Part shown: positions 1 through 7,954 of the stretch, piece after piece | Numbering within the stretch: position 1 is the stretch's first letter | How the letters are laid out: each line of letters starts with the position of its first letter | From: a virus | Taxonomy: Duplodnaviria > Heunggongvirae > Uroviricota > Caudoviricetes | IMG/VR virus record: IMGVR_UViG_3300013105_000004 | Coordinates: 1 to 13,972 of that record | Length of the DNA stretch: 13,972 bases | Strand: one strand, 5' to 3' | The notes under the pieces: model-generated | Databases searched by the model: none | Told to the model about the DNA's origin: nothing | What the model saw: only the letters and a program-made list of their open reading frames with translations | Program-made: the position numbers and the translations under genes

Positions 1-445
1 CGTATGCGGCGGATGCTGCGCAATCCTGTACGTAAGAAATCAGGTAGACTTCATTATCGTCAGCCATTTTGCGGATAGCGTCTGCGGTTTGGAAACAGTT
101 GAATGCTTCTCCACCGCCAGAGCTGATGTCGAATACAATCTTCTTGCATCCCATTCCAATCAGCTCGTCCATCTGATTCAACAGCCCTGCGTAACTTGTG
201 CCAGTTGCTCCGCATAGCGATTCGACTGGTTTGTTTGTCAGGCTTCCGTGAATGTTGATTAGGCCGATCTTCCCTACGTTCGAGGGTTTATCCAGATCGA
301 CGGAAACAGTTTCTACTTGTGCCAGCATCCCAGTATTGCGGAGGTCCAGATACGATGTGATCGCTCCGAATGCCTCCGCTGAAATGAGATGCGGCTTGTT
401 GTACAGATCAGCAGTCAATCTGCGAACAGGCCGTTGCATTGTCAT
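1..445 (-). CDS. S49 (SppA-like) family prohead/head maturation protease, N-terminal part; runs off the left window edge
   Basis: Not in the ORF track (no stop in window). Manual translation from ATG at 445, with an AAGGA RBS overlapping the portal stop: MTMQRPVRRLTADLYNKPHLIS...IGLINIHGSL...KIVFDISSGGGEAF...YVQDCAASAAY. The DxxSxGG and AASAAY motifs are typical of S49 peptidases, and it lies directly after the portal. Confidence 0.88.
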   Translation of the reverse strand, partial: MTMQRPVRRLTADLYNKPHLISAEAFGAITSYLDLRNTGMLAQVETVSVDLDKPSNVGKIGLINIHGSLTNKPVESLCGATGTSYAGLLNQMDELIGMGCKKIVFDISSGGGEAFNCFQTADAIRKMADDNEVYLISYVQDCAASAAY

Positions 446-455
446 GTTGGATTCC

Positions 456-1913
456 TTATCCTGTGTTATCTCGATTTCTCGCTGACTTATCCTGTTTGCT
501 GGACTTACCACCGATACTTGCCGTACCTTCGCCGGACTTGCCTGCTGCCATTCCATCTCCGGAACGACTTGCGTTACCAGTCAGGTTTTCTTTATCAACA
601 GGCTGATCGACAGGTAGTGGTTCCACGCCAAGGACTTCACGAGTTTTGTTCAGGATAGGACGGTCGATTTCAACCAGACCAACCGATGCCGCACGTTGCA
701 GAGCTTTCGACCATGCCTCGCTGTCCACTTCATTAACGTCACCAAACTCGAATGTCGGAAGACGGTCTTGACTCCAACCGTTCAGCGCAAAGAGTTGTGC
801 GATAAGGTCGTTGTTGAGGACATCGCGGATTTCGTTCAACCTGTGTTCGATAGCCATCTTGCAGAGAACGCCTGCTTCCTCTTGCTCAGCCGTCAGCACT
901 TTCGTGGACAGGGCTGTGAGGATGTCGTTTTGCAATGCTGCCATGATCGCCGGGATGTCGAATTTGTTGTGGCCTTTTGCTTCCATCAACGTAAATTCGA
1001 ATTGCTTGTTACCACCTTCATCCAACACCAGCGGCATCACTAGGGAGCGCTGCTTACCGTCCGCGATTGCTTGAGCGGCATTCAGGTACGCTTGGTACAC
1101 TGCACGCTCGGAGTCGCTGGCGCCGTTCGCCATGAACTTCGGCGGAATGTAGATGACCGGCACAGAGGCAATGTCCTTTGACACGCCAAGCATCAACTGG
1201 TCTTTAAGCAGTGTTAGCTGCTTATATGGCAGGTACACCGACTTCAGGATCGATTTACCTTCTGGGTTGCCTTTTACGCTGTCCGCAGAGAACAACATGA
1301 ACTTGGAACGGTCGATTGTAATCAGTCCGTTCTGATCGGCCAGATTCATAAAGCGGGCCGAGTTTTCCATGTTCTTAATGCTCTGTCCTACGCTAAGAAG
1401 TTGGCGTCCGTCTTCTGAGAAGTTCCAGTGACGAATCGTATCCTGTGGGCGTGTGGCGAGCTTACGTAGTCCTACCAAACCATCATCGTATTTGCTACCG
1501 TTCCTTGGGAGGCGGCGACGGAATACTTTTTCTTGAATGGAGAAGCCGTATTCGAGATACGTTACTACTTCTGCCATGAATTGTTGCCATGACCCATCCA
1601 TGTCCGCCATACAGCTTTCAATGAATGCTGCACGCGTCTTGTCAGTCTCAGTAGCGTTTTCGGGCGGAGCCACGTGCCACTGAACGCCAGTAATCATCAT
1701 GCGGTAGATACCGAGAGATGCGGCGATTGTCGGGTCGGTCTTCATTTCCGTAACAGTTTTTAGGAATTCTGGGAATCGGAAGACTCGATTCTGTTCCTCT
1801 AGGATTCGACCGCTCATGGTCGTCAGGCCGGAGAAACCAACCTCACTCAAACTGATACGCGGGATTACTGCATTTGGATCGGCTCCAAGGCCGCTGTTTT
1901 CTTTGTCAGCCAT
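456..1913 (-). CDS. Phage portal protein (DUF935-like), 485 aa
   Basis: Long ORF between terL and the head protease. Portal-like motifs: YLEYGFSIQEKVF, GLVGLRKLATRPQ, GNPEGKSILKSVY, LIAQLFALNGW. RBS GGAAGG upstream. Confidence 0.9.
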   Translation of the reverse strand: MADKENSGLGADPNAVIPRISLSEVGFSGLTTMSGRILEEQNRVFRFPEFLKTVTEMKTDPTIAASLGIYRMMITGVQWHVAPPENATETDKTRAAFIESCMADMDGSWQQFMAEVVTYLEYGFSIQEKVFRRRLPRNGSKYDDGLVGLRKLATRPQDTIRHWNFSEDGRQLLSVGQSIKNMENSARFMNLADQNGLITIDRSKFMLFSADSVKGNPEGKSILKSVYLPYKQLTLLKDQLMLGVSKDIASVPVIYIPPKFMANGASDSERAVYQAYLNAAQAIADGKQRSLVMPLVLDEGGNKQFEFTLMEAKGHNKFDIPAIMAALQNDILTALSTKVLTAEQEEAGVLCKMAIEHRLNEIRDVLNNDLIAQLFALNGWSQDRLPTFEFGDVNEVDSEAWSKALQRAASVGLVEIDRPILNKTREVLGVEPLPVDQPVDKENLTGNASRSGDGMAAGKSGEGTASIGGKSSKQDKSARNRDNTG

Positions 1914-2086
1914 TAGTTACCTTCCATTTCATGTAGTCGGAGTCCTCTGACGGAACCCAACCAGATTTAAATTTATCTGTTATGGTGCGTGAAGCGTTTC
2001 GACGCTGTTGTGTTGCTTACACCTACGTAGCCTTGGGAAGCAATATCAGTGTGCTCCGGTAAATGAATCCAGTACACGACTGCCAT
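1906..2086 (-). pseudogene. Internally deleted GIY-YIG homing endonuclease remnant
   Basis: AAGGAG RBS, then ATG at 2086 reads MAVVYWIHLPEHTDIASQGYVGVSNTTASKRFTHHNR* (stop 1973-1975), a GIY-YIG-like N-terminus (VYWI...GYVG...R). A different frame reads ...DKFKSGWVPSEDSDYMKWKVTNG* with its TGA (1906-1908) overlapping the portal start. Confidence 0.7.
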
Positions 2087-2114
2087 AGTGCTCCTTCTTT
2101 ACTGTATATGCGTG

Positions 2115-2143
2115 ATTGTACACTACGTACCCTTATTTGTCAA
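2115..2143 (-). promoter_or_regulatory. Sigma70-type promoter upstream of the GIY-YIG remnant/portal operon
   Basis: TTGACA-N17-TACAAT on the minus strand, preceded by an A tract. Confidence 0.8.
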
Positions 2144-2195
2144 CTTTTTGCCACACTACCTATTTACGGAAGATAGATAGTGTGGTAGGAAGCGT

Positions 2196-3692
2196 TTAAA
2201 CGAACGTCGGTACAGGGCTTGGCCTTGACAAATCCGGAACAACGAAGTCAGGGATGTTCCCGTTCTTCGCTAGGTAGTTGAATGCGTCCGCACAGGCGTC
2301 AACCTGATCGTTTTTCTCCGCACGAATACCTTGGAAGTGTTCAAGCTCCACGAAGAAGTCCTCGTTCCAGTCCCCGCGTACCACGTCCACAAGCCCAGCT
2401 TCGGCCAGCGAACAGAACGGCAGGAAGCGTTGCATCTTGCTGTTGTGCCCAGAAATCGGGATGCCCTTGACCGTGATGCCCTCTTCGGCCAGCTCTTTCG
2501 TGAAGAACTGGGTAGCAGCCTTGCCGCCTCCGTTATCCTTCGGGATCGTGACAGGAACGCCCAGTCCGTCTTCCTGTTGCGCTGTGTCGATAATCATCTT
2601 GACAACGCCATCGGTCAACTTCTGGTCCCGCTTCACATGCTCCACTACGTACCGGCCCGTTTTCGTACGGCTCATCCGGACGCCAGCGGTCCAGTCAGGG
2701 TCCGGATACGTCTCACTCGGAACGGAGTGTGCCAAGTCCCACGAGCGCACACGGCCAGTCACTTCGACAGGCGCATGTTCCACCATCGTGACCCAGCTAC
2801 GGTTGAAGTTACTGTTACCTTCCGGAACAGCGGTCCACGAGCCATGTAGGAATCGCAACTGCGACACACGCGTACCAGACAACAGGTTAGCGAGGTAGTC
2901 GGGGTTGTTCTTCAGCAGCACCGGATTCGAGTAGATGTCCATCGGGATAAACCGGAAGGACGTAGGCTTGAACGTAACACGCCCTTTGTTTGGATCGCGG
3001 TTCAGTCCAAACCCGTGTTTCTCGTACAGCTCATCGTGTGTATCGCCCCATAGAACCTTGCCACCGCGTACGATGAAGTAGCGGGTGCGGTTTTCTGTTC
3101 CTTCCACCGGCACGCCAGTTTCTGGATCGAGGCAGTATTGTACGAACGGGTACAGCCAGCTATTACGGTTCGGGTTGCAGGTAATAATCATACCCAGCTT
3201 CCCTTTGTATCGTGCACCACGGATACGCTCTTTCAGCGCAAGGATGTCTTCCAGTTGGAATTCAGCCCCTTCGTCCACGATAATGTTCGTTGCCTGCCAA
3301 CCTTGAACCTCTTGTCGGTCCGCTGGCATCGCCACGAATTTAACGACAGCTCCGTTCGGGAAGTGCCATTCGAGCGGTTGCAGTTTGAAATCTGCACCGA
3401 ACTGTTTGTAGAGGTATTTCGATTCGTCCACAAGACCGCCGACAGCTTTCAGCACTGGGTACGTCAGACGTACGATCAGCACACGAGCTGCCGGGTCTGT
3501 CATGCAGAAGTTCAGGGCTTTAAGCAGTGCCAGATACGATTTACCGCCTCCAGCTCCGCCACCGATCAGCAGCATATCGGTTGTGTTGTCCGTGAGGACC
3601 ATTCGCTGCTTTTCAGAGCACGGCCCCAGAACCATTTGTTCTACCTCGTACGCCTGCTCTACGCTTTCAGGGATTGGCTTCTTTTTCGCCAT
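2196..3692 (-). CDS. terL: Terminase large subunit, 498 aa
   Basis: Walker A GGGAGGGKS, Walker B IIVDE, TCNP motif III, and C-terminal nuclease motifs RSWDLA and KNDQVDA. AAGGAG RBS. Confidence 0.96.
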   Translation of the reverse strand: MAKKKPIPESVEQAYEVEQMVLGPCSEKQRMVLTDNTTDMLLIGGGAGGGKSYLALLKALNFCMTDPAARVLIVRLTYPVLKAVGGLVDESKYLYKQFGADFKLQPLEWHFPNGAVVKFVAMPADRQEVQGWQATNIIVDEGAEFQLEDILALKERIRGARYKGKLGMIITCNPNRNSWLYPFVQYCLDPETGVPVEGTENRTRYFIVRGGKVLWGDTHDELYEKHGFGLNRDPNKGRVTFKPTSFRFIPMDIYSNPVLLKNNPDYLANLLSGTRVSQLRFLHGSWTAVPEGNSNFNRSWVTMVEHAPVEVTGRVRSWDLAHSVPSETYPDPDWTAGVRMSRTKTGRYVVEHVKRDQKLTDGVVKMIIDTAQQEDGLGVPVTIPKDNGGGKAATQFFTKELAEEGITVKGIPISGHNSKMQRFLPFCSLAEAGLVDVVRGDWNEDFFVELEHFQGIRAEKNDQVDACADAFNYLAKNGNIPDFVVPDLSRPSPVPTFV

Positions 3693-3703
3693 GCTCTTAC
3701 TCC

Positions 3704-4033
3704 TTATTTGGTAATGTCCTGCGTGAACAGGTACACATCCTTATCTAATGTCAGGATACGTCCGTACGAATCCGTCATCTGGATATCGTAGTAGAAGTAC
3801 CCCACTTGGTTTGCTTGGGCCGCTGTCGGGGAGAATTCAACAATCCCCGTTGCCGGGGCGTTAATTACTCCGTCCACCTGATAAACCTGAGTGGTGTTAT
3901 CAACTGGGTCCGGAACGGTACTGATTGTCATTTTGAATGAGCACCCGGTAAGGTTCACTGCTGCACGCGTTTTTGCGTTTGTGACAGTGAAACTATCCGG
4001 GGCTGTATCTCCACGCGTACGTGTGATTTGCAT
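3704..4033 (-). CDS. Putative virion protein, BppU N-terminal-like beta-sandwich domain, 109 aa
   Basis: RGDT...VNLTG...GIVEF...G.FYYDIQMTD pattern resembles BppU_N/minor tail-type domains. Tightly packed with its neighbours. Confidence 0.65.
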   Translation of the reverse strand: MQITRTRGDTAPDSFTVTNAKTRAAVNLTGCSFKMTISTVPDPVDNTTQVYQVDGVINAPATGIVEFSPTAAQANQVGYFYYDIQMTDSYGRILTLDKDVYLFTQDITK

Positions 4034-4040
4034 TTCGTCC

Positions 4041-5744
4041 TCAATCGTTGTAATTCATTTTGAACGGTACAGCATTAAGCTTCAGTTTGTACGGAGACAG
4101 CGTTAGCGTAATCGAGAACTTATCTCCCGATGCCGTGTAGTGCAGTCCACCTTCCGTAACGCCAGACACCGTTGAGCGGCCTTCAGCATTTGCGAATGCG
4201 GATGCCACAGATGCCGCGATTGCCTGTACCTGAGCTGCCGATACCGAAATACCATCTGCTCCATAAATAGCGACAGACAGTCCTCCGACGTTGGCAAGTC
4301 CCGTGGCTGCACCTGAAGCGCATGCCAGAATCACGCCGCCGCCACCGGCTTCAGACGTTCCCGACGTTGTTCCGCTCGCCGCTACGCGTGCTACGCCGTT
4401 ACCTAGTCCTGAAGCTGAACCTGATGCGTTAGCTGTTGTGCTGTTTGTCGAGGCTCCACTTCCAGAAGCCGATGCACTGCCTACGGCGGATGCAATAGCG
4501 TTGTAGAATGCACTGGCAATAGCTGCTGCACTCGACGTACCGACTGCTGTGCCACTTGATGTTCCGGATGCCGGGGTAAGTGCTGAACCTTCTCCAGCCA
4601 CAGACGACGTTCCTGCCGTTCCCCCGGATACCGGAACTAGTGCTGCGCTGCTTCCTGCTCCATCGCTAGAGCCTGCCGTGTTCGCCTGAACGCTCCAGAC
4701 GGAGTAGGCGTTACCGGATACCGTAGCCGTGCTAGTGCTTGATCCGCTCGTCAGGTACACCGATATACCGTTTGCGGCGTTTGTAGCGCTCCCTGATGCA
4801 TTCCCACTCGTGTAGAACAGACTAAGCGTCGAGCTAGATAACGTAGACGTTCCTCCTGAGCTGCCAAAGGCGTTGTAAACCGCCGCTGCCAGTGACGACA
4901 GACTTGCCGTTCCTGTAGAACTACCTGCTGCCGATACTACAGTGACGCCCGACTGATCGCTGTATGCTACAAGCATACGACGCTGTGGAGGTTTAAACAA
5001 CTGCCACGGGTTGTCACTCAAGCTAACCATCTCTGCGTCCGCTATAGCGCGTGTCCACACCACCACGAGCATCAGCCCTCCGGTATTCCACAACTGTGTA
5101 CCAGTCTGTCGAGAACCGATCCGTAACGCGATGTCTACGCCGGGGGTAACTGGGGCTCCCGTTAATGCGACGCCCGGAATAAGAACCCCGTTTTGGAAGG
5201 CTACCGTCCTCGTTGGAGAAACCACCCCGCCCATCGTGAAACCACGAGACATTTCCGATAGGGTCATGGCCACGGGGGAGGTTGCCCGACCTGTATTCGC
5301 CTTACTGGAGTTGAACGGGATTAGGTCGACTTTGCCGCTGTCTATCCGAAACTGAAAATACCGGCCCGCCGAGTTGTCCATGTCCATTGCGGACTGGATG
5401 GCAGACGTAGAGAGGCAGCTTCCTACGGCAAACAGGGAGTAGCTCGGAGAATTCACCGTCCCCTTGGAGGGAAGGTCGTATATTGCGCCTGTTCCAGCGG
5501 CGATTCGGGCGCCTGTGCCGAGCGACGTGTTGGATTGGATAACGTTCGGTGAGGCATATGGGACTGTGGGGGCTGTAACCACAGTCCCGGTGCCATCAAC
5601 GTATGAGACATAACCATACGCCTGATCCGCGTGCATGAGGCACACGGTCATGTCCTTGGTGATTGGATTGTCCCAGTCGATGAACAACGCTTCCCCCGGC
5701 GAGGGTTGCGTTGTTCTAACTCGACGTTTAACGGTCAATGCCAT
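4041..5744 (-). CDS. Putative fibre/adhesin virion protein: LamG/concanavalin-like N-terminal domain plus Ser/Ala/Gly/Thr repeat shaft, 567 aa
   Basis: The N-terminal ~260 aa end in the LamG-like motif LRIGSR...GGLMLVVVWTRAIADAEMVSLSDNPWQLF. About 13 repeats of 20 aa follow. The start overlaps the upstream stop. Confidence 0.7.
   Translation of the reverse strand: MALTVKRRVRTTQPSPGEALFIDWDNPITKDMTVCLMHADQAYGYVSYVDGTGTVVTAPTVPYASPNVIQSNTSLGTGARIAAGTGAIYDLPSKGTVNSPSYSLFAVGSCLSTSAIQSAMDMDNSAGRYFQFRIDSGKVDLIPFNSSKANTGRATSPVAMTLSEMSRGFTMGGVVSPTRTVAFQNGVLIPGVALTGAPVTPGVDIALRIGSRQTGTQLWNTGGLMLVVVWTRAIADAEMVSLSDNPWQLFKPPQRRMLVAYSDQSGVTVVSAAGSSTGTASLSSLAAAVYNAFGSSGGTSTLSSSTLSLFYTSGNASGSATNAANGISVYLTSGSSTSTATVSGNAYSVWSVQANTAGSSDGAGSSAALVPVSGGTAGTSSVAGEGSALTPASGTSSGTAVGTSSAAAIASAFYNAIASAVGSASASGSGASTNSTTANASGSASGLGNGVARVAASGTTSGTSEAGGGGVILACASGAATGLANVGGLSVAIYGADGISVSAAQVQAIAASVASAFANAEGRSTVSGVTEGGLHYTASGDKFSITLTLSPYKLKLNAVPFKMNYND
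4140..4931 (-). repeat. About 13 degenerate 20-aa (60-nt) coding repeats
   Basis: For example AAGSSTGTASLSSLAAAVYN / AFGSSGGTSTLSSSTLSLFY / TSGNASGSATNAANGISVYL / VSGGTAGTSSVAGEGSALTP / ASGTTSGTSEAGGGGVILAC. One unit is 24 aa. Confidence 0.75.
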
Positions 5745-6211
5745 TATGTATATTGCGCCGCTGCTGCTAGCGCCTTCACTGTCCAGTTAGCCGAAATCGT
5801 CTGACCGGAACGGTTTTGTAGGTACACGTTATACAGTACTGGCATCAATTCCGACACGCCGGATTGGAATAGATAGTTCTGATTGGCTGTCAACGCTTTC
5901 GGGCTGACGAATGTACCTGCCCGCATTGTAAACGGGATATAAGAAGCAGCACTTGTATCGATATCCGGAAAGTTAACTCCGTCGATAGCTGGAACAAGAT
6001 ACAAGTCGGCGATAGTGGTACCTGCTGCGATGCCTGTTGTTGTTGCCCACTGAGCTGTCAGCGAAAATAGTGCTGCAAACATGTCAGCAGCATTTCCACC
6101 TACCCGGCAGTCAAGAGTTCCAACGAGAGATGCAGCTCCACTCACAGTGGACGCACCTGTGGATGTTAGTGTTACGATTGCCTGCTCTTTTAGCAGAATA
6201 TTCCCGGCCAT
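5744..6211 (-). CDS. Hypothetical (probably virion) protein, 155 aa
   Basis: ORF with 1-nt overlaps to both neighbours. Beta-rich composition, DLYLVPAIDG motif. Confidence 0.8.
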   Translation of the reverse strand: MAGNILLKEQAIVTLTSTGASTVSGAASLVGTLDCRVGGNAADMFAALFSLTAQWATTTGIAAGTTIADLYLVPAIDGVNFPDIDTSAASYIPFTMRAGTFVSPKALTANQNYLFQSGVSELMPVLYNVYLQNRSGQTISANWTVKALAAAAQYT

Positions 6212-6657
6212 TATTCATTCTCCCATGCGTCTAGCACATCTCTTGCGGTCGGGTTAGGGAACCCGATAAACTCTGCACGACTAGCTGGTTGTTTTGCCCT
6301 GTTTACAAGGTCATCAACTTCGGTTTGTGTGCAGATTCCAGTTTGTACCCAAGCGGCCAACATCCCTTGGATGTCAGCCTCTTCGATGTGAATAGGATCA
6401 CCGGATGCAAATACGTCGCGTACAACCAAACAAGATGCCCTGCAAGGATGTTCTGTATCGTTACTAGCATCCACGATTTTTGCGTAAGGGCCAGCAGCGG
6501 CCCATGCTTTAGCCGTAGTAGAGCGCAGAGGGCGTACCATCATCTCTGTCAGCTCATTAAGCATCCCAACTACTTTTGCAGGGTCATGCGGGAGGTACTC
6601 TGCGTATCCGTTCCCTTTAGGGTCGTTTTCCAACTCCGCTTTCAAGTTGCTCAACAT
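6211..6657 (-). CDS. Hypothetical phage protein, 148 aa
   Basis: ORF in a tightly coupled operon. ELxxDPxGxGY N-terminus and SRAExxG C-terminus resemble proteins that accompany such virion modules. Confidence 0.8.
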   Translation of the reverse strand: MLSNLKAELENDPKGNGYAEYLPHDPAKVVGMLNELTEMMVRPLRSTTAKAWAAAGPYAKIVDASNDTEHPCRASCLVVRDVFASGDPIHIEEADIQGMLAAWVQTGICTQTEVDDLVNRAKQPASRAEFIGFPNPTARDVLDAWENE

Positions 6658-6672
6658 ACTTGCACCCTCTTA

Positions 6673-7116
6673 TCAGTCTTCAGTTACGAGATTTGGAGCT
6701 GTCGTAATGCGAGGCTGTACGCCGACGTTCATTACGATGTTCGGTGTCAGCGTGCCACTGTACAGAAGCTTTCCTGCGCCGGATGCGGATGTACCGATAC
6801 CGAAGTGTGTTAGGGCAGCTCCCGGCGCGGCTGTGCACTGGCCGAAGTCAGCGTTGGCTACGAGGTTCACTGCATTGGCAGTGACGGTAAAGCCAGCAGA
6901 CGAGCGTGCTACTGCAAGACGTGCGTAGCCTGTGTAAGCCGTCTCGTTGGTAGCCTGCGAGCCTGTGTCGCCCGGATCAGCCGTGTGCAGCGACAGGTAC
7001 AGGTTGCCAGTCGTGCCTGCTGGCAGAAGCCCGGTTGCGTCCCCGATAAGGGCTACTCCGACGTTATTGAAGACCAGCTTCAGCAGGTCGTTTTCCCATG
7101 TATCTGATTTGCTCAT
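6673..7116 (-). CDS. Putative minor virion/tail protein (Gp80-like, LHTADP...NE..Y.GYAR family), 147 aa
   Basis: Start reassigned to ATG 7116 (AAGGAA RBS), because the track start 7194 lies in the terminator hairpin. Motif NLYLSLHTADPGDTGSQATNETAYTGYARLAV. Confidence 0.75.
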   Translation of the reverse strand: MSKSDTWENDLLKLVFNNVGVALIGDATGLLPAGTTGNLYLSLHTADPGDTGSQATNETAYTGYARLAVARSSAGFTVTANAVNLVANADFGQCTAAPGAALTHFGIGTSASGAGKLLYSGTLTPNIVMNVGVQPRITTAPNLVTED

Positions 7117-7159
7117 TTGTAGTTCCTTTTGGTTAGATTCGGGGCAGAAGCCCCATGCG

Positions 7160-7192
7160 AAAAAGCCGCCCCAGCATCGAGGCGGGAGCGGC
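7160..7192 (-). terminator. Putative intrinsic terminator at the end of the tRNA array
   Basis: GCCGCTCC-12 nt-GGGGCGGC stem followed by TTTTT, starting 6 nt after the tRNA-Trp CCA. Confidence 0.6.
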
Positions 7193-7198
7193 ATTTAT

Positions 7199-7275
7199 TG
7201 GCATGCCCGGAATCGAATCGAACGTTCCGCAGTCAGGTTTGGAGCCCAACTCGCCGCCTTGGTACATGCGGGCAT
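7199..7275 (-). tRNA. trnW: tRNA-Trp (CCA)
   Basis: ATGCCCG/CGGGCAT acceptor, loop CTCCAAA, TTCGATT T-loop, encoded CCA. Confidence 0.88.
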
Positions 7276-7431
7276 ATTGTGTTATACTGTCCGTGGGCCT
7301 GCTCTACGGTTTGGCTCGTAGGCAACAAAACTCATTCAATCCAACTGGACGATTGAGCGCTGTTCGATCCTTGTTCCTGAGTTCTTACAGGAGGCTCCCG
7401 GAGGGCTGCATTCGTGCAGCCCTCCGTCATT
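7276..7431 (-). ncRNA. Candidate structured spacer RNA (four hairpins)
   Basis: Perfect 12-bp stem 7399-7410/7415-7426 plus three further stems. No credible ORF. Confidence 0.4.
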
Positions 7432-7506
7432 TGGCACCCAGCCTTGGTAACGCTCCAAGCCACCCACTTTCAAAGAGTGGTATCTGCCCTTGTCGATTTG
7501 CCGGGA
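7432..7506 (-). tRNA. trnQ: tRNA-Gln (TTG), non-canonical T-loop
   Basis: CCACT-CTTTGAA-AGTGG anticodon arm, CTTGG-AGCGTTA-CCAAG T-arm, T1:T72 mismatch, CCA. Confidence 0.85.
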
Positions 7507-7515
7507 ATTGTTCTG

Positions 7516-7589
7516 TGGTACTGAATGATGGTAACGATCCACCGTCTATCGCTTATCAAGCGAGTGCTCTGCCATTGAGCTAATCCAGT
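7516..7589 (-). tRNA. trnI: tRNA-Ile (GAT)
   Basis: ACTGGAT/ATTCAGT acceptor, GCTC/GAGC D-stem, loop TTGATAA, T-loop ATCGTTA, ACCA. Confidence 0.92.
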
Positions 7590-7682
7590 AACGAGCGGCA
7601 GTTATCCTTCACTGCCAGATATGTACCGTTAGTACCATCACGCCGTTCTTCGCTGCGCAGCAAATTTACGGCCAACCTATTT

Positions 7683-7771
7683 TGGCGAAGGGTGAAGGAA
7701 TCGAACCATTACCTGTTCCTCACAAGTACCAAGGATTTCAAGTCCTCTTTGCGTCCTACGCGGCACCCTCC
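7683..7771 (-). tRNA. trnS: tRNA-Ser (TGA)
   Basis: GGAGGGT/ACCCTTC acceptor, G73, loop CTTGAAA, long variable arm, TTCGATT, CCA. Confidence 0.88.
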
Positions 7772-7782
7772 ATATTCAATTT

Positions 7783-7872
7783 TGGCGGAAGACTGACATC
7801 CCGACTGCCATACGCTCGACACGTACCAAAGGCTTAGCAAGCCCCGCCAGCGCCCCGGCTGGTTAATCTTCC
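7783..7872 (-). tRNA. trnS: tRNA-Ser (GCT), non-canonical T-loop
   Basis: GGAAGAT/GTCTTCC acceptor, G73, loop TTGCTAA, long variable arm, T-loop GTCGGGA, CCA. Confidence 0.85.
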
Positions 7873-7877
7873 ATATC

Positions 7878-7950
7878 TGGAACCAAACCATAGAATCGAA
7901 CTATGTATCTGCGGTTCGTAGCCGCTGAGCGGGAATCCACCCGGTCTGGT
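7878..7950 (-). tRNA. trnR: tRNA-Arg (ACG)
   Basis: ACCAGAC/GTTTGGT acceptor, GCGG-CTACGAA-CCGC, CATAG-TTCGATT-CTATG, CCA. Confidence 0.88.
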
Positions 7951-7954
7951 ATTG

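Noticed and set aside
2196-3692. Intron or intein in terL or portal
   Set aside because: Both ORFs are continuous and of ordinary length, with motifs at normal spacing.
252-7583. Many plus-strand ORFs in the track (for example 389-658, 2331-2849, 3138-3791, 6289-6813) and the short minus-strand ORF 3233-3433
   Set aside because: They are antisense or out-of-frame shadows of motif-bearing genes, with no RBS or recognisable motifs.
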